Assembly (NCBI RefSeq): GCF_006345805.1
Contig: NW_021833449.1
Location: forward strand, 23,946 to 87,945
Direction: 5' to 3'
Length of the DNA stretch: 64,000 nt
From: Octopus sinensis
Lineage: Eukaryota
Shown here: positions 14,040 to 28,045 of the stretch, in pieces
Layout: the number at the start of each line of letters is the position of its first letter
How positions within the stretch are numbered: the stretch's first letter is position 1
Notes under the pieces: generated by a model
The model's input: only the letters and a program-made list of their open reading frames with translations
Databases searched by the model: none
What the model was told of the DNA's origin: nothing
Made by a program: the position numbers and the translations under genes

Positions 14040-15400
14040 CCAAACAGCTTCTTATCCCCTGCAAGAGGCTATCCACTACACAAAAGACAGTATCAGAAAT
14101 ATTAGTAAAGAGATAAGCAATTGGAAAGCAGCAGGACCTAATAGTGTACAGGGATTTTGGATATAAAAAAAATACAACAGTTGTCATAAGTTGATCGCAA
14201 AGCAATTTAATGCATTGATCGATGGAGAAAAAGAAATTCTGGGCTGGTTTACAAAAGGACGAACGATATTGTATCTGAAGGATATAAGGGCGAACGGTAT
14301 TGTATCTAAGGCGGCGAGCTGGCAGAAACGTTTGCACACCGGGAGAAATGCTTAGCTGTATTTCGTCTGCCGCTCCGTTCTGAGTTCAAATTCCGCCGAG
14401 GTCGACTTAGCCTTTCATCGTTTCGTGGTCGATTAAATAATTACCAGTTACGCACTGGGGTCGATATAATCGACTTAGTCCGTTTGCCTGTCCTTGTTCG
14501 TCCCTTCTGTGTTTAGTCCCTTGTGGGTAGTAGAGAAATAGGTATTGTAGCTGAAGGATACATCAAAGGAAAATGCTGCTGACAATTACAGTCCAATTTC
14601 CTACTTTCCATTAATGTGGAAGTTACTGCCAGGAGAAATCGCAGAAGAACTGTGTAAATTTCCGGATGAGAACGATATATTACCGATGGAACAAAAAGGC
14701 TGTAGAGGGAGACGCAGAGGTCCCAAAGATCAATTATGCAAGATTCTAGACGAAGGAGAACAAATCTGGATATTGCCTGGATTGACTATCGCAAGGCTTA
14801 TGATGTGATTCCACATTCGTGGATCATCGCGTGCTGAAATCTGTTTGGAATTGCGAGGAAGGCAACGCGTTTCCTGAAGAGAAGAATGATGAGATGCGAA
14901 ACTGACCTGACATCTTACAGAAAAATCTTGGGCACACGGGGTATCAGAAGAGAGTGATAGCTTATTTCCGTTGGTACTTATGAAAATTACCCTGGAGTAT
15001 CAACTTAAGGAAAAAAATCCAAAGCAATCAGGCCCCTCCACTCCATGGATGATTTGAAACTCTATGGCAAAGATAAAACACAAGTGAGTTCCTTGGGCTA
15101 CAGCAAATATTCTTCTCAATACCACAGATTTGCTTGTCAGTTTTTTTACTATAACCAGTTGAGCATGTCCCTTGGTGGCTGACGATGTGTGCATCTCTGA
15201 TTACGAGCAGAATTACTGGGGCAGCATCATAGACATGTGTTGAGGGGAATTCTTTGGGTTCTGAAGACGGTCCACTGTTTTAGCGCTGATATTAGTATAG
15301 AATTTGGACTTAAAAGGTTCGGCATAACCTACCATAAAAGAGGCAAGGGGCAGTACCATCGGGGATAGAATTATAGAAACGCATGTTGTGGGACTTAAGA
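14040..15400 (+). mobile_element. Decayed non-LTR retrotransposon RT, R4/Dong-like (RLE-type)
   Basis: Ordered motifs WKAAGP (14122), [47 protein letters not shown] (14775), MDDLKLYGKD (15045) and FSADISIEFGL (15278). Frameshifted, and split by SINE-B (14310-14540) and a second insert (~15110-15270). Confidence 0.8.
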
Positions 15401-16084
15401 ATTCAAACATTAACTTGTGTAGGTTGAACTATGTAACAAAATGTAAGATAAAGAAGCCTAGTTGTTTTCTGTAATGAATACCAATACATACATTTAGAGC
15501 AATCTTTTCAGGGGCCCTTAAAATTCTTTTGTGGATCCTCAAATGACTATTTTGCTGTATAGACCCAAAAAATGTTAAATGGACCTTTCAAAGGTCATAT
15601 GGACGCCAGTTAAAAACCACTGAGTTAAATCGTCCATAACAGCTTCGAGGGGTGGTGTAAATGGATTATTTTGATACCAGGACTTGACAGGTGTTTATTT
15701 TATAATAAATATAATAATAAATATAATTTATAATAAATAAAAGGCAAAACTAACCTCGGCGGAGTTTGAACTCAGAACTCAGAATTTAAAGCCGTATTTA
15801 AATAGCACAGTGAATGTTCTGAACTAAGGAGTTTAATGATACCGCCAATCTACTACCTTAGTGAAGTCTTTTACGTCGGCAAAAGGCCAGGAGATTGAGG
15901 AGAGGAGATAGTGCTGAATATCGACTTATTTTATCGACCACGAAAAGAATGAAAGGCAAAGTCGATCTAGGAGGGATTAGAACTAAGAAACAAGCATCGT
16001 AGATGTATGGATCTGTATATAGGATAAGGAATTTTAATCCCAATGCTTTCGCTTTCCACACTACACCAGATTGTCAACTGTTAA

Positions 16085-16127
<43 letters not shown>

Positions 16128-16931
16128 TCAAAGTATAAAATAAAACCAATATTATTAATAACGGTTATGATAATATTGTTAATACTATAAAATATTTCAC
16201 ACTCTAGCATTCCATACTTTAAAAAGTTATTCTTAAAAATGTCGAAATATTGATGATACGAAACGAAGAGAGACAATTACAACGAATCAATTTTGTTCAT
16301 TATTTTATTGTTTATTGACAGGACTTTTAATGAAAAATCTCCTCTCTTTTTTTTTATGATTTTATGTTTTATTTATAATTATTTTTTTTATCTAAATTAG
16401 AAGAATAGGATATATGGAAAAGAAAAAAAAAGAGGTTATAAAAAAAAAACAACTAACAAAGAATACGACTGAGAAATTTTGAAAAATATAAAGAATAAAT
16501 GATTGAAATGAGTAGAAATATATTTGTGTTGTTTTTGAGATTTTTATGAGAGGAATTTTGGAAAAAAAATTAGTTAAATAAAATAATAGAAAATAAATCA
16601 CGACATAAACCATAAAGAATGTAATTTTTTCATTTTTTGCATTTTTTTTCAGTGTTTGTTGTTGTTTTTTTTTGTTTTTGTTTTTTTGGCTTTTTTTTAC
16701 CAAATTCCTTCGTTAATAATTCTGTAATTTATTAATAACCGTTAACGGATATTTGATTATAGAAAGTACATAAATATAACATGAGGTGACATAGGAACGA
16801 AACTGGAGAGAAATAGAGAGAGGGGGAGAGGGAGAAGGAGAGAGGAGAGGGAGGAAAAGGGGAGAGGCTGAGAAGGAAAGAAAGGCGAAAAGAGAAGGGG
16901 AGAGTGTGAGAGAGAAAAGACAAATAGATAC

Positions 16932-16964
<33 letters not shown>

Positions 16965-17993
16965 AAGAGACACACAGTTACACAGAGATGAGGAGAGAAA
17001 GGGAAGAGAAAGAGACAAAGAAAATGAGAGATAGAGAAAGGTAAAGTATGCATGTGTGTGTGTGTGCGACAAAGAGAGAGCGAGAGAAGGAGAGAGATGA
17101 AGAGGCAGCGATTGGGAGTGAGAGATGGAGTTACTAACACATGCAGACATAGAGAGAGGGAGAAGAGAGAGAGGAAAAGGGACAGAGGTATAGAGAAGGA
17201 GAGGGAGTGAGGCGTATCAAGAGAGATAGAGAGACTAAAATACTGAGAGGCTGAGAGCGAAAGACAGATAATGATGACTGCTATGATGGCGATGATGATG
17301 ATCATCATCATCATCATAATCATTATCATTTTTATCATTATCGAGAAGAGTGGGGAATGGATGAAGATGTAACAGAAATGAAAACGGTAGCATCTGTGGG
17401 GAAAGATAAAGAGTTAGAGATGTATGAGGAAAGAGAGAAAGAGAGTGAAAGAGAGTGAAAGAGAGACAGATTTTTTTTTCGTTTTAAGTTAACTAGAAAA
17501 ATATTTCACACATGCACAGATGCGCACATGAAAAATTTCGAAACTATCTTAACAAACAAACAAAAAAAATAACCTTAATTCTAGGCCCTGCCGGTGTTGA
17601 AACATCATCCCCACCATCGCTACGACCCGTCAGCAACATATACCAAGGGAGTTATTGAAAAAGCCTCTACACCGTCACTCAGCATATTAGATGTAGCAAC
17701 CAAGTTGTCAGTGAGTCACATAATAGTGTCTTTAATTTAAGAAGGACGCATTAGGTAATATAATCTTATAAAAATCGGGCTGGTCACTATCATTGTTCCT
17801 TTGGGTCAGAGCTGATCTAAAGCTGAACAACGGCCACAACACAGTAGAATAAAGTTTTTAGCCTCACTTTATTTAATACAATAACGAGAGAGATAACGAG
17901 AGTATTTCTTACCAGAAACAGAAACCTAATCTTTAAATGTCACACACTAATTCTTAATAAAGAAAACAACAATAGGATACTTAGACACTGCAG

Positions 17994-18050
<57 letters not shown>

Positions 18051-18071
18051 TTATATATACAAACATATCTG

Positions 18072-18105
<34 letters not shown>

Positions 18106-18127
18106 TATATGTATGTATATATTATAA

Positions 18128-18169
<42 letters not shown>

Positions 18170-18312
18170 TATATGTATGTAGTATATATATATATATATA
18201 TATACACACACGCGTACACATATACGTGTATATATATGTGTGTATATATATATATCACCCATATACACATATACGTGTATATTGTGTGTATATTATTCTA
18301 TATATATACATG

Positions 18313-18630
18313 TGAGGGCGCGTGGCTTAGTGGGTAGGCATTCGGCTCACGATCGTAAGGTTGTGAGTTCGATTCCCGCGACGCGTTGTGTCCTTGAGCA
18401 AGACACTTTATTTCACGTTGCTCCAGTCCACTCAGCTGGCAAAATGAGTTGTACTTGTATTTCAAAGGGTCAGCCTTGTCCCTCTCTGTGTCACGCTGAT
18501 TATCCCCGAGAACTACGTTAAGGGTACACGTGTCTGTGGAATGCTCAGCCATTTGCACGTTAATTTCACGAGCAAGCTGTTCCGTTGATCGTATCAGCTG
18601 GGACCCTCGTCGTCGTAACCGGCGGAGTCT
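18313..18630 (+). mobile_element. SINE with a different tRNA-like head and CORE-like middle but SINE-C tail type 1
   Basis: Head gagggcgcgtggcttagtgg...gttcgattcc and middle ccttgagcaagacac. From tgtacttgtatttcaaaggg onward it aligns to the 19.6-kb tail. Confidence 0.75.
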
Positions 18631-19486
18631 TTAAAATATATATACATATATACATGTATATCTATGTGCGTGTGTGTGTGTGTGTACGTATGTATGTATG
18701 TATGTATACAATACGTATCGATGGCAACCTCCTCATCTCTGAAATGAAAACTAGATTGACCTTTTTTCTCTAAAAATGTCAATTCAACTGTGAAATTATT
18801 CTTAATTCTTCGATGTTATCTCCACCCTCTTATTGAAGGCTGCTTATAATTATCTCTAGGCTCTTGTTTTCCTGCTCTGTTTGCGAGTGAAATTTCTAAG
18901 TTCAAAAATTTATTGTCTTCGCATTCAATACACACCCCGTTGACTTTCTTATCAATATTCATGTAACTGAGCCTCTCATTTATTTTCTATTTGCTTTTTT
19001 GGGGGGTGGGGGCTATAATTACTTAAAATACTCTTGCACAATAATGCACTAACTTCTGTATATGTTAAACTGTACAAATAAATTCAGTATCAAAAATGGA
19101 CTGTGCTGTAGAGGCTATGCCGAAGGCGAAACGTAACCACGGGCTATCTTCGTCTCGGAAACAAAGATCAAATGGTCATTTAATTTCCTGAGCATCTGAA
19201 ATTATCACCCTTTTTTTCATCCAGAGTCGCTAACGATTTCTCCAAGACTCCTTTCTCTGTTTACGAAGGAATTTCTAGTCAATTATGAATTTATCCTGAG
19301 CAACAATCAGCATGCACCGCCTCGACCTTGTTATCTAAATTTATACTTCAGGCCGTTTTGAGGTATTTTCTCTTTGTTCTATTCTGTTGCACTTATGCAA
19401 ATTACTCTTGGACAATAATGTAGTAAACGCTATATATGTAAATGTGTCCATATCCCTTCTGACAACAGAAGGGCTATGATCTCTAT

Positions 19487-20354
19487 GGATGATGGAAGCA
19501 CTCCGTCGGTTACGACGATGAGGGTTCCGGTTGATCCGAATCAACGGAACAACCTGCTCGTGAAATTATGGAATGGAAGCACTCCGTCGGTTACGACGAT
19601 GAGGGTTCCGGTTGATCCGATCAACGGAACAGCCTGCTCGTGAAATTAACGTGTAAGTGGCTGAGCACTCCACAGACACGTGCACCCTTAACGTAGTTCT
19701 CGGGGATATTCAGCGTGACACAGAGAGTAACAAGGCCGGCCCCTTGAAATACAGGTACAACAGAAACAGGAAGTAAGAGTGAGAGAAAGTTGTGGTGAAA
19801 GAGTACAGCAGGGATCACCACCATCCCCTGCCGGAGCCTCGTGGAGCTTTAAGGTGTTTTCGCTCAATAAACACTCACAACGCCCGGTCTGGGAATCGAA
19901 ACCGCGATCTTATGACCGCGAGTCCGCTGCCCTAACCACTGGGCCATTGCGCCTCCACTATGATCTCTATCGAAGCACTCCGTCGGTTACGACGACGAGG
20001 GTTCCGGTTGATCCGATCAACGGAACAGCCTGCTCGTGAAATTAACGTGTAAGTGGCTGAGCACTCCACAGACACGTGTACTCTTAACGTAGTTCTAGGG
20101 GATATTCAGCGTGACACAGAGAGCGACAAGGCCGGCCCCTTGAAATACAGGTACAACAGAAACAGGAAGTAAGAGTGAGAGAAAGTTGTGGTGAAAGAGT
20201 ACTGCAGGGATCACCACCATCCCCTGCCGGAGCCTCGTGGAGCTTTAAGGTGTTTTCGCTCAATAAACACTCACAACGCCCGGTCTGGGAATCGAAACCG
20301 CGATCTTATGACCGCGAGTCCACTGCCCTATCCACTGGGCCATTGCGCCTCCAC
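19487..20354 (-). mobile_element. SINE family C head-to-tail dimer with extra duplicated tail
   Basis: Two near-identical ~385-bp copies. The 12-bp tatgatctctat occurs at 19475, 19959 and 20355, and an ~80-bp tail duplication lies at 19490-19570. Confidence 0.9.
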
Positions 20355-21288
20355 TATGATCTCTATAGCTGCCCTTTGTCTCCAAAACTAAGATCAGATT
20401 GTCTGTCCGTTGCATTTTGTTGACCCGTGTAATTAGATTTAATTTCGTGAAATTATCTCCCCTCCTCACTCAGAGTTTTAAAAAATGTCGCAAGCCTCTT
20501 ATTTTCCTTCGTTGTCCACGAGGAAAACCTTAGTAGGTGAAGAATTATTTCGTGTTTGACATTCAGTGTGGCATCCCAAAGAAATTGTTATTGAAATTCA
20601 CCCCTCAATGACCTTTGACTTATCTTGTTTTGATTTGTTAAATATTAATTATACATATTCGGATAAATAACGCTTGTAGAATGTAAATATGCAAAGAACT
20701 TTTATAAAGTCTGGGAAATGCTTTCCGTAAATATTGAATTGGGCATATTTAATCAAGGAGAATAACTGTATCATTGTGATTCACCTAAAACGAAACCGAA
20801 ACGCGTCCATAGATGTTCCTGTTTCTCAGGCAATAAACACACCTTTTCTTTACCTATTCTTAAGCATTTTAATTCAAAGGTATTCAAAATTTCTGCAAAT
20901 TATATTCCCTTGTTTTACGGAATTTGCTTTTTCGATTCAAAATGAGGAAAATTTTAATAAATTGAAAATTTATCACGTACGGCATTCATCGACGCACCGG
21001 CTAAAGTCGCTCGGTATTGCTCTGAACACCTAATTCCACAGCCCAAATAACATGAAAAATTTACACAGTTCCACCTTTCAATACAAGTTATTCCATTTTA
21101 CTTACGTATTGACTTCTTTTTGTTTAATTTCACTGCAATTTATACCTGTATGGAAACAATCATATACATGTTTGTGTGTGTGTCTGTGTATACACATACG
21201 CCTATACATACATATATCTACGTATATACATATGTATATATATGTGTGTGTATATGCGCGTGTGTGGGTGTGATAGATAGATAGATAA

Positions 21289-21349
<61 letters not shown>

Positions 21350-21365
21350 AGATAGACAGATAGAC

Positions 21366-21429
<64 letters not shown>

Positions 21430-21440
<11 letters not shown>

Positions 21441-21610
21441 ATTCACAAACAAACAAAAGACGAAGACAGGTGGTATAGACAACAAACAGATGTATTAGTT
21501 TAACTCTCGGGAAGTGTAAACGTCTTTAACGTTTCGAGCCAAAGCTCTTCCGCAGATAGAAACACAGAAAGAAGCAAGGAGAGAAGAAAAATAATGTGTA
21601 GTGGCTAGCG
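21430..21610 (-). mobile_element. HHR-bearing short repeat, probable Penelope-like pLTR derivative (relatives at 28597-28710 and 35320-35440)
   Basis: Shared segment ccgagagttaaactaatacat (minus here) / ctgagcgtcaaactaatgcat (plus, 28.65 kb) downstream of GAAACGT. The 28.6-kb copy keeps only the 3' half (AGAC-loop-GTCT-GAAACGTC). Confidence 0.5.
21522..21560 (-). ncRNA. Degenerate minimal hammerhead motif
   Basis: Minus strand UCUAU-CUGCGGA-A-GAGC-UUUG-GCUC-GAAA-CG-UU-AAAGA. Core A6 is replaced by C, and stem I pairs at 4 of 5 positions. Confidence 0.45.
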
Positions 21611-21639
21611 ATCTATCGTGTGTAGGTTGTGTATGTTTG

Positions 21640-21838
21640 TGTGTCTGTGATTGTTTTCCTACATCGCTTGACAACCGATGCTGGTGTGTTTACGTCCCCG
21701 TAACTTAGCGGTTCGGCAAAAAGAGACCGATAGAATAAGTACTGGGCTTACAAAAGAATAAGTCCCGGGGTCGATTTGCTCGATTAAAAGGCGGTGCTCC
21801 AGCATGGCCGCAGTCAAATGACTGAAACAAGTAAAAGG
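21640..21838 (+). mobile_element. SINE family A, 3' half
   Basis: Runs from catcgcttgacaacc to gaaacaagtaaaag; inverted relative to the adjacent copy. Confidence 0.85.
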
Positions 21839-21920
21839 AATATATATAAAGAGAGAGAGACAGGTACAAAGAGAGAGGAGAGATAGGAGAGATAAATGTG
21901 AGAGAGGCAGGCAGGCATAT

Positions 21921-22335
21921 ACTCTTTACTCTTTACTCTTTTACTTGTTTCAGTCATTTGACTGCGGCCATGCTGGAGCACCGCCTTTTAATCGAGCAAA
22001 TCGACCCCGGGACTTATTCTTTTGTAAGCCCAGTACTTATTCTATCGGTCTCTTTTGCCGAACCGCTAAGTAACGGGGACATAAACACACCAGCATCGGT
22101 TGTCAAGCAATGCTAGGGGGACAAACACAGATACACAAACACACGCACGCATATATACATATATACATATATACGACGGGCTTCTTTCAGTTTCCGTCTA
22201 TCAAATCCACTCACAAGGCTTTTGGTCGGCCCGAGGCTATAGTAGAAGACACTTGCCCAAGGTGCCACACAGTGGGACTGAACCCGGAACCATGTGGTTG
22301 GTAAACAAGCTACTTACCACACAGCCACTCCACTC
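21921..22335 (-). mobile_element. SINE family A, full-length
   Basis: Aligns end to end with 60099-60536. Confidence 0.85.
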
Positions 22336-23382
22336 CTGATTTATTAAAATACACAGCATGTAGCACTTAAGGGCGAACGTGTCAACAAAAAACTGTTCGG
22401 TTTATTCTTGAATTTCTATCAGGTGATGTTTATTATGCAACTTCTTAATTACAACAAGAAGATAAAGGTGAGTGCGAAGTCGGTGTTAATAGATGCACTT
22501 GGTTGTGGTGATGATGGTTCGTGCTGGTGATGGTGGTGATGGTTATGGTAGGGGTGGGTGGCGGTAATAGGTTTGTTGCAGTAATGATACCGGATATTCG
22601 TTGATTGTATACCGGGTAGAAGCGAAGGCTTTGATGGTGGTGGTGGTGGAGGTGGTTTTGGTGGTGGTGGTGGTGGTGGTGGTGGTGGTGGTGGTAGAGA
22701 AGGTGGTGTTGATGGTGGACAAAGAGACGAGCAATGGTGACGCTGTTAAGGTGACGCTGGTTGAAGTGTCAAAAATAATAGGTAACAGTGGTGGTGGTGG
22801 TGCTGGTGATGGTGGTGGTGGTGCTGGTGATGGTGGTGGTGGTGGTGGTGGTGGAAGCGGTGGTGGGTGTCATGGTATAGGTGATAGTCGTTGTAGCGGT
22901 GATGGGATCATGGTGGCGGTGTTGGAGATGGTGATGGCGATGGTGGTAATGATGATGATAATGGTGGTGTCGGTGGGATGATGATGATGGTGGTAAGGTG
23001 ATGGTAGCGGTAATGGTAATGATGTTTGTAGTGGGATCGATGATTGCAGGTTGGTGGTGGTGGTGGTGGTGGTGGTGGTGGTGATGGTGACACTGGTGAG
23101 GGAATTCCGACAATGGCGTCGATGGTGATAGGGGTGACGATGGTGTCGATGGTAGTTGACTTAGTGGTGGTGGTGGTGGTGGTGGTGGTGGCAGTGTTGG
23201 TGGGGGTAGAAGTGGCAGTGGTGTATATAATAGTAGTAGTAATGGCTGTAGTAGCTTATGTCACAATGCCATCACCGTCCAAATATATTGATTATTAGGA
23301 AGAATTTGATATGGCACCACCGTTATTAGTTTTGGAAATTCCCAGAACACTGTATCTGTACAAATGTGTGTGTCTATGCGTG

Positions 23383-23421
<39 letters not shown>

Positions 23422-23618
23422 ATGTATGTATGTATGTAGTGTGCGCGCGAGTGCCTGTGCGTATGTAGGGATATGCATACGAGTGCATATTCACTGTGTG
23501 TGTGTGTCGATGTAGGTGAGTTTATGCTTGGAAAAATATATCTGCATTAGTATGGTGCATGGTTGCATGTAAGTGCATATGTGTGAGTATTTGTCACTAC
23601 TGATGTGCTTGCAATTGC

Positions 23619-23684
<66 letters not shown>

Positions 23685-23771
23685 TGACAGACAGACAGAC
23701 AGACTGACAGACTGACAGACAGACAGACAGACACACAGACAGACATATATGACGACAGACAGATAGATAGA

Positions 23772-24085
23772 TATGTTTCTTTATTAGCCATACAGGGCTG
23801 CACACAAACGGGACAGATTACAAAGTAGAACTTTTCTATAGGGGGAGAAAAAAATGCGGGGTATGTTTTCGATCAAAAGGGATCGTTAAAGGGGGGGAAG
23901 CGATCAATACGGATCGTGTATCACAGAAATGTCATGATGTAAAGTGTAAAGGGGGAAGTAGATAAGGTCTATCTGTGGAAAGAAAAGCCTACGGAAAAGA
24001 CCACGGTCAATATGTTAACACATTTGTTTGCAAGTAAGTAACCCTCTGTTTTAATGTCTGCGCATCATCAACCACGGCATGCCCA
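23772..24085 (-). mobile_element. LINE-like 3' end, clade undetermined
   Basis: Minus strand ends ...gccctgtatggctAATAAAgaaac next to a GATA tract. The tail is homologous to the SINE-B 184-bp unit end. Confidence 0.45.
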
Positions 24086-24986
24086 CGACCAAAATTATTG
24101 GGTTCGAATTCCGCCAAGGAACACTTTGCCTTTCATCCTTTGGGGAGGGGGTTCGATAAAATAAGTACTAATTGAGCACTGAAGCCGACGTAACCGACTT
24201 AACTCTCCCCTCACATTGCTGACCTTGTGCCAAAATTTGAAACCAATATGTTTGATTCACTTTACCTCCTGACAATTATTCTAAAATAAAATTTACACCC
24301 CACGCATCAGCTTTGTTCAATAAATTTAGTTTAAATTTCAGCCATAATAAACAACCGACAAAAGGAAATGTTGAAAAAACAGAAAACGCTTTTAAACATT
24401 ATTAATTTAATTCCAAGTAACGACAACCATAAAGCATAATAATGCTATTTCCTATATTTATGAATTAATGGTGAACAGATATCAAAACCAAACACAGACT
24501 ATTCTACTATCAGTCTCAGTAATTAACAATTAAACAATAGAGATCGTTAAATTTAAAGTGATACTAGGAAAAAATGTAGCATTCTTTTACAAAATAAGCC
24601 TACTTAATATTATTCAAATTTAGATTTTCTAAAATTTTAATTGAAATAGACGCAGGCCTGGATGTATGGTTTGGAGTTTCCTTCCAAAGTACATGGTTCC
24701 AGGTTCAGCCCCACCCCCGAGGCACCAACCAAAACCTTGTAAGTGTATTTGGTAGATGGAAATTAAAACGAGCCCGTCATATATAAATATATATATCTAA
24801 TGACGATAAAATTTCTTTCGAAATATTAAATAATACCTTAAACGGTTAAATTTATAAACAATTCATAAATGAGGGCAAAGGAAAAAAATTTCTAATACGC
24901 ACGCTACTTGAAAAAAGGTCGACAGACATTTCTAAAAGATTCCATTATTACCATATCGGACCGATTTCAGAGTTAGCTAATAAGAG

Positions 24987-25022
<36 letters not shown>

Positions 25023-25433
25023 TCTTTTACTTGTTTCAGTCATTTGACTGTGGCCATGCTGGAGCACCGTCTTTGGTCGAGTAAATCGACACAGGACTTA
25101 TTCTTTGGATGCCTAGTACTTATTCTATCGGTCTCTTTTGCCGAACTGCTAAGTTACGGGGACGTAAACATACCAGCATCGGTTGTCAAGCGAAGCGGGG
25201 GGGGGGCAAACACATACACACAAACATACACATACAAACACACACACACACACACATATATAATCTGTTTTTTATATAAATTTTCATCTGTCCTGCCCGC
25301 CAAATTTGGTTCTGGTGTTCGCTGAATTTTTCCTCTAGAGAATTCCTTTGTAGTTTGATCGTTGATGATCTATTTCTAGCATACGGCCGACTACCTAGCA
25401 GTCAAGCCCTGCCAATATACACCTATATATATA

Positions 25434-26664
25434 TTGGATCATCCCATGACTAATGCATTTTTTTACTTGTTTTTATGTTTCAAAATTAAGATAAACAATG
25501 TTCCTTTTTAATCTAAAATATACTCTCATTCATTTCCTACAATGCTCTTCTACGTATCTGGTAGACTCGCAAGGCCCCACTTCTAAAATCCTCTTGTCCG
25601 TGACGAAAAATTCTCCTCCAGTACTATTCTGCCCTCATCTACAGAGTTCATATTTTCCGTCCAAATGATTTTGAAGACTGCAGAATAAATGATAATCAGA
25701 TGGGGCAATGTCCGGCGAATATGGTGGACATATTCAAACTGCTCCAGTCTTTGGAATGTCCTCCTAGCCGTATGTAGGCGAGCATTGTCCCGGTGGAAGA
25801 ATACCTTTCGTCTTGAAACCAAAGATGGTAGTTTTTCATCTAGTGCTGCTCGCAGTAGATCTGCTTTGTTAGCGTTTGGTTTGGGTTTTAAAATTCAGAG
25901 TGGGCTGAACCTTTCATATTCCACCAAACAGATAAGAAAACCTTACGTAGTTGAAGACCTTCTTTAACCTGGGGTGTCGGTGTTTCTCCTTTCGCTACCC
26001 ATTGTCTTCGACGCTTGACATTTTGATAGAGAACCCATTTCTTATCACCAGTCACTATTCGGTCCAAAAAAGGTTCATTCGTGAGACATGACAGCAAAAA
26101 AGAACACACATTCACTCTTTGCGCGCGATTAGAGACGGAAAGTTTGTGAGGAACCCGTTGAGCCAATTTGCTGACTTTTCCGATGGCACGCAGGAGTTGC
26201 TGAATCGTTGAATGACCAAATGCAAGCTTCTCTACTAGTTCCTCAACAGTTACGATGGAATTTTGTGTCAACAGGGTTTGCAGTATGTCCTCATCGAGCT
26301 AACAGATCTTCCAGTACAAGGCTTATCTTCTAGGCTGTAGTTTCCGACTCGGAATTTCTGGCACCACCGTTGACAGTGGTTTACGCTTATTGTCCGATCC
26401 TCATATACTGCATTAATATTCCTCGCACTTTCCGTTGCGTTGTTGCCTCTATTGAATTCATAAAGCAAAATGTGCCGAATATGCTTCTCTGACACTTCCA
26501 TTATAGCTTTCAAAAAAAATAACTGTTAAAATCGAACTGCACTTTCCAAGACTTGAACTAAGAATAAGGACAAGGCATAGCTACTACACGCTTTTATAGC
26601 AAGTTGATACAGTTTATTCCCTCCTCCTCTGAATTTTAGTGCATGCAACCAAAAAAACAGCATT
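25434..26664 (-). mobile_element. Decayed mariner (Tc1/mariner) DNA transposon
   Basis: TA followed by a TIR (ttggatcatcccatgactaatgcattttttt) at 25434, a partial inverted match at 26651-26664, and the transposase remnant between them. Confidence 0.9.
25508..26501 (-). pseudogene. Mariner transposase pseudogene
   Basis: MEVSEKHIRHILLYEF..., RVPHKLS (WVPHEL-like), FLDRIVTGDKKW, FHRDNARLH and a YSPDIAPSDYHLF-type motif; multiple frameshifts and stops. Confidence 0.9.
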
Positions 26665-27194
26665 TTGTTCCCATTAAGGTTGCGGGCTGGCAGAATGGTT
26701 AGCACGCCAGGCAAAATGCTTAGCGACATTTCGCCCGTCTTTACGTAATATAATATATATATATTACGGAGATTTACTTGCATAGCAAGTGACCTGATCT
26801 GAGGTCGTGTGCTGGAACGAAAACAATTGCAGCGAGGGAAGTGTTTATAAACCATTTAAGAAACACACAAAAAACCGTTAGATTCACTTCAATTGCGAGT
26901 TAATTCATTCAGTTAAAATTTCTTCAAGGCGGTGCTCCAGCATGGCTACAGTCTAAAAGATGAAAAAATATAGATTAGTTATTCTCTGTCTCTTCATTAA
27001 TGTAAATACTTCGCGACTTGTACCGACACGAGGCAACAAAAAAGAAAATTTATTCAAGATGACGCAGAGCAGAACCGAACGCGCATTTCATGTTTGCAAA
27101 GTATACTTCTTAACCACTCTGCCAAGCCATGATTCAACACATATTTGTGTGAGTGTGCGCGTGTGTGTATTCATGCGTGTGTTTGCATGACTGT

Positions 27195-27325
27195 ATTTAT
27201 GTATGTATGTATGTATGTATGTATGTATGTATGTATGTATGTATGTATGTATATATGTATGTATGTATGTATATATGTATGTATGTATATATGTATGTAT
27301 GCATATATGTATGTATGTATGTATG

Positions 27326-27356
<31 letters not shown>

Positions 27357-27990
27357 ATATGTTTGTATATACGTATGTATGTTATGTATGTATATATATA
27401 TGTATGTACATATGTATGTATGTATGTATGTATATATGTATGTATGTATGTATATATGTATGTATGTATGTATGTATATATGTATGTATGTATGCATGTA
27501 TGTATGTATGTATATATGTATGTATGTATGTATGTATATATGTATATGTGTATATATGTATGTATATATGTATGTATGTTATGTATGCATGCATGTATGT
27601 ATATATGTATATATGTATGTATGTATGTATATATGTATGTATGTATATATGTATGTATGTATATATGTATATATGTATATATGTATGTATATATGTATGT
27701 ATGTTATGTATGCATGCATGTATGTATGCATGTATGTATGTATGTATGTATGTATGTATGTTATGTATGTATGCATGCATGTATGTATATATGTATATAT
27801 GTATGCATGTATATATGTATGTATATATGTATGTATATATGTATGTATGTATATATATATGTATGTATGTATGTATATATGTATGTATGTATGTATATAT
27901 GTATGTATATATGTATGTATGTTATGTATGTATGTATGTATGTATATATGTATATATGTATGTATGTATATATGTATGTATATATGTATG

Positions 27991-28021
<31 letters not shown>

Positions 28022-28045
28022 AATGTATGTATATGTATGTATGTA
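27195..28045. repeat. (TATG)n/(TA)n compound microsatellite
   Basis: Seen directly. Confidence 0.97.
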
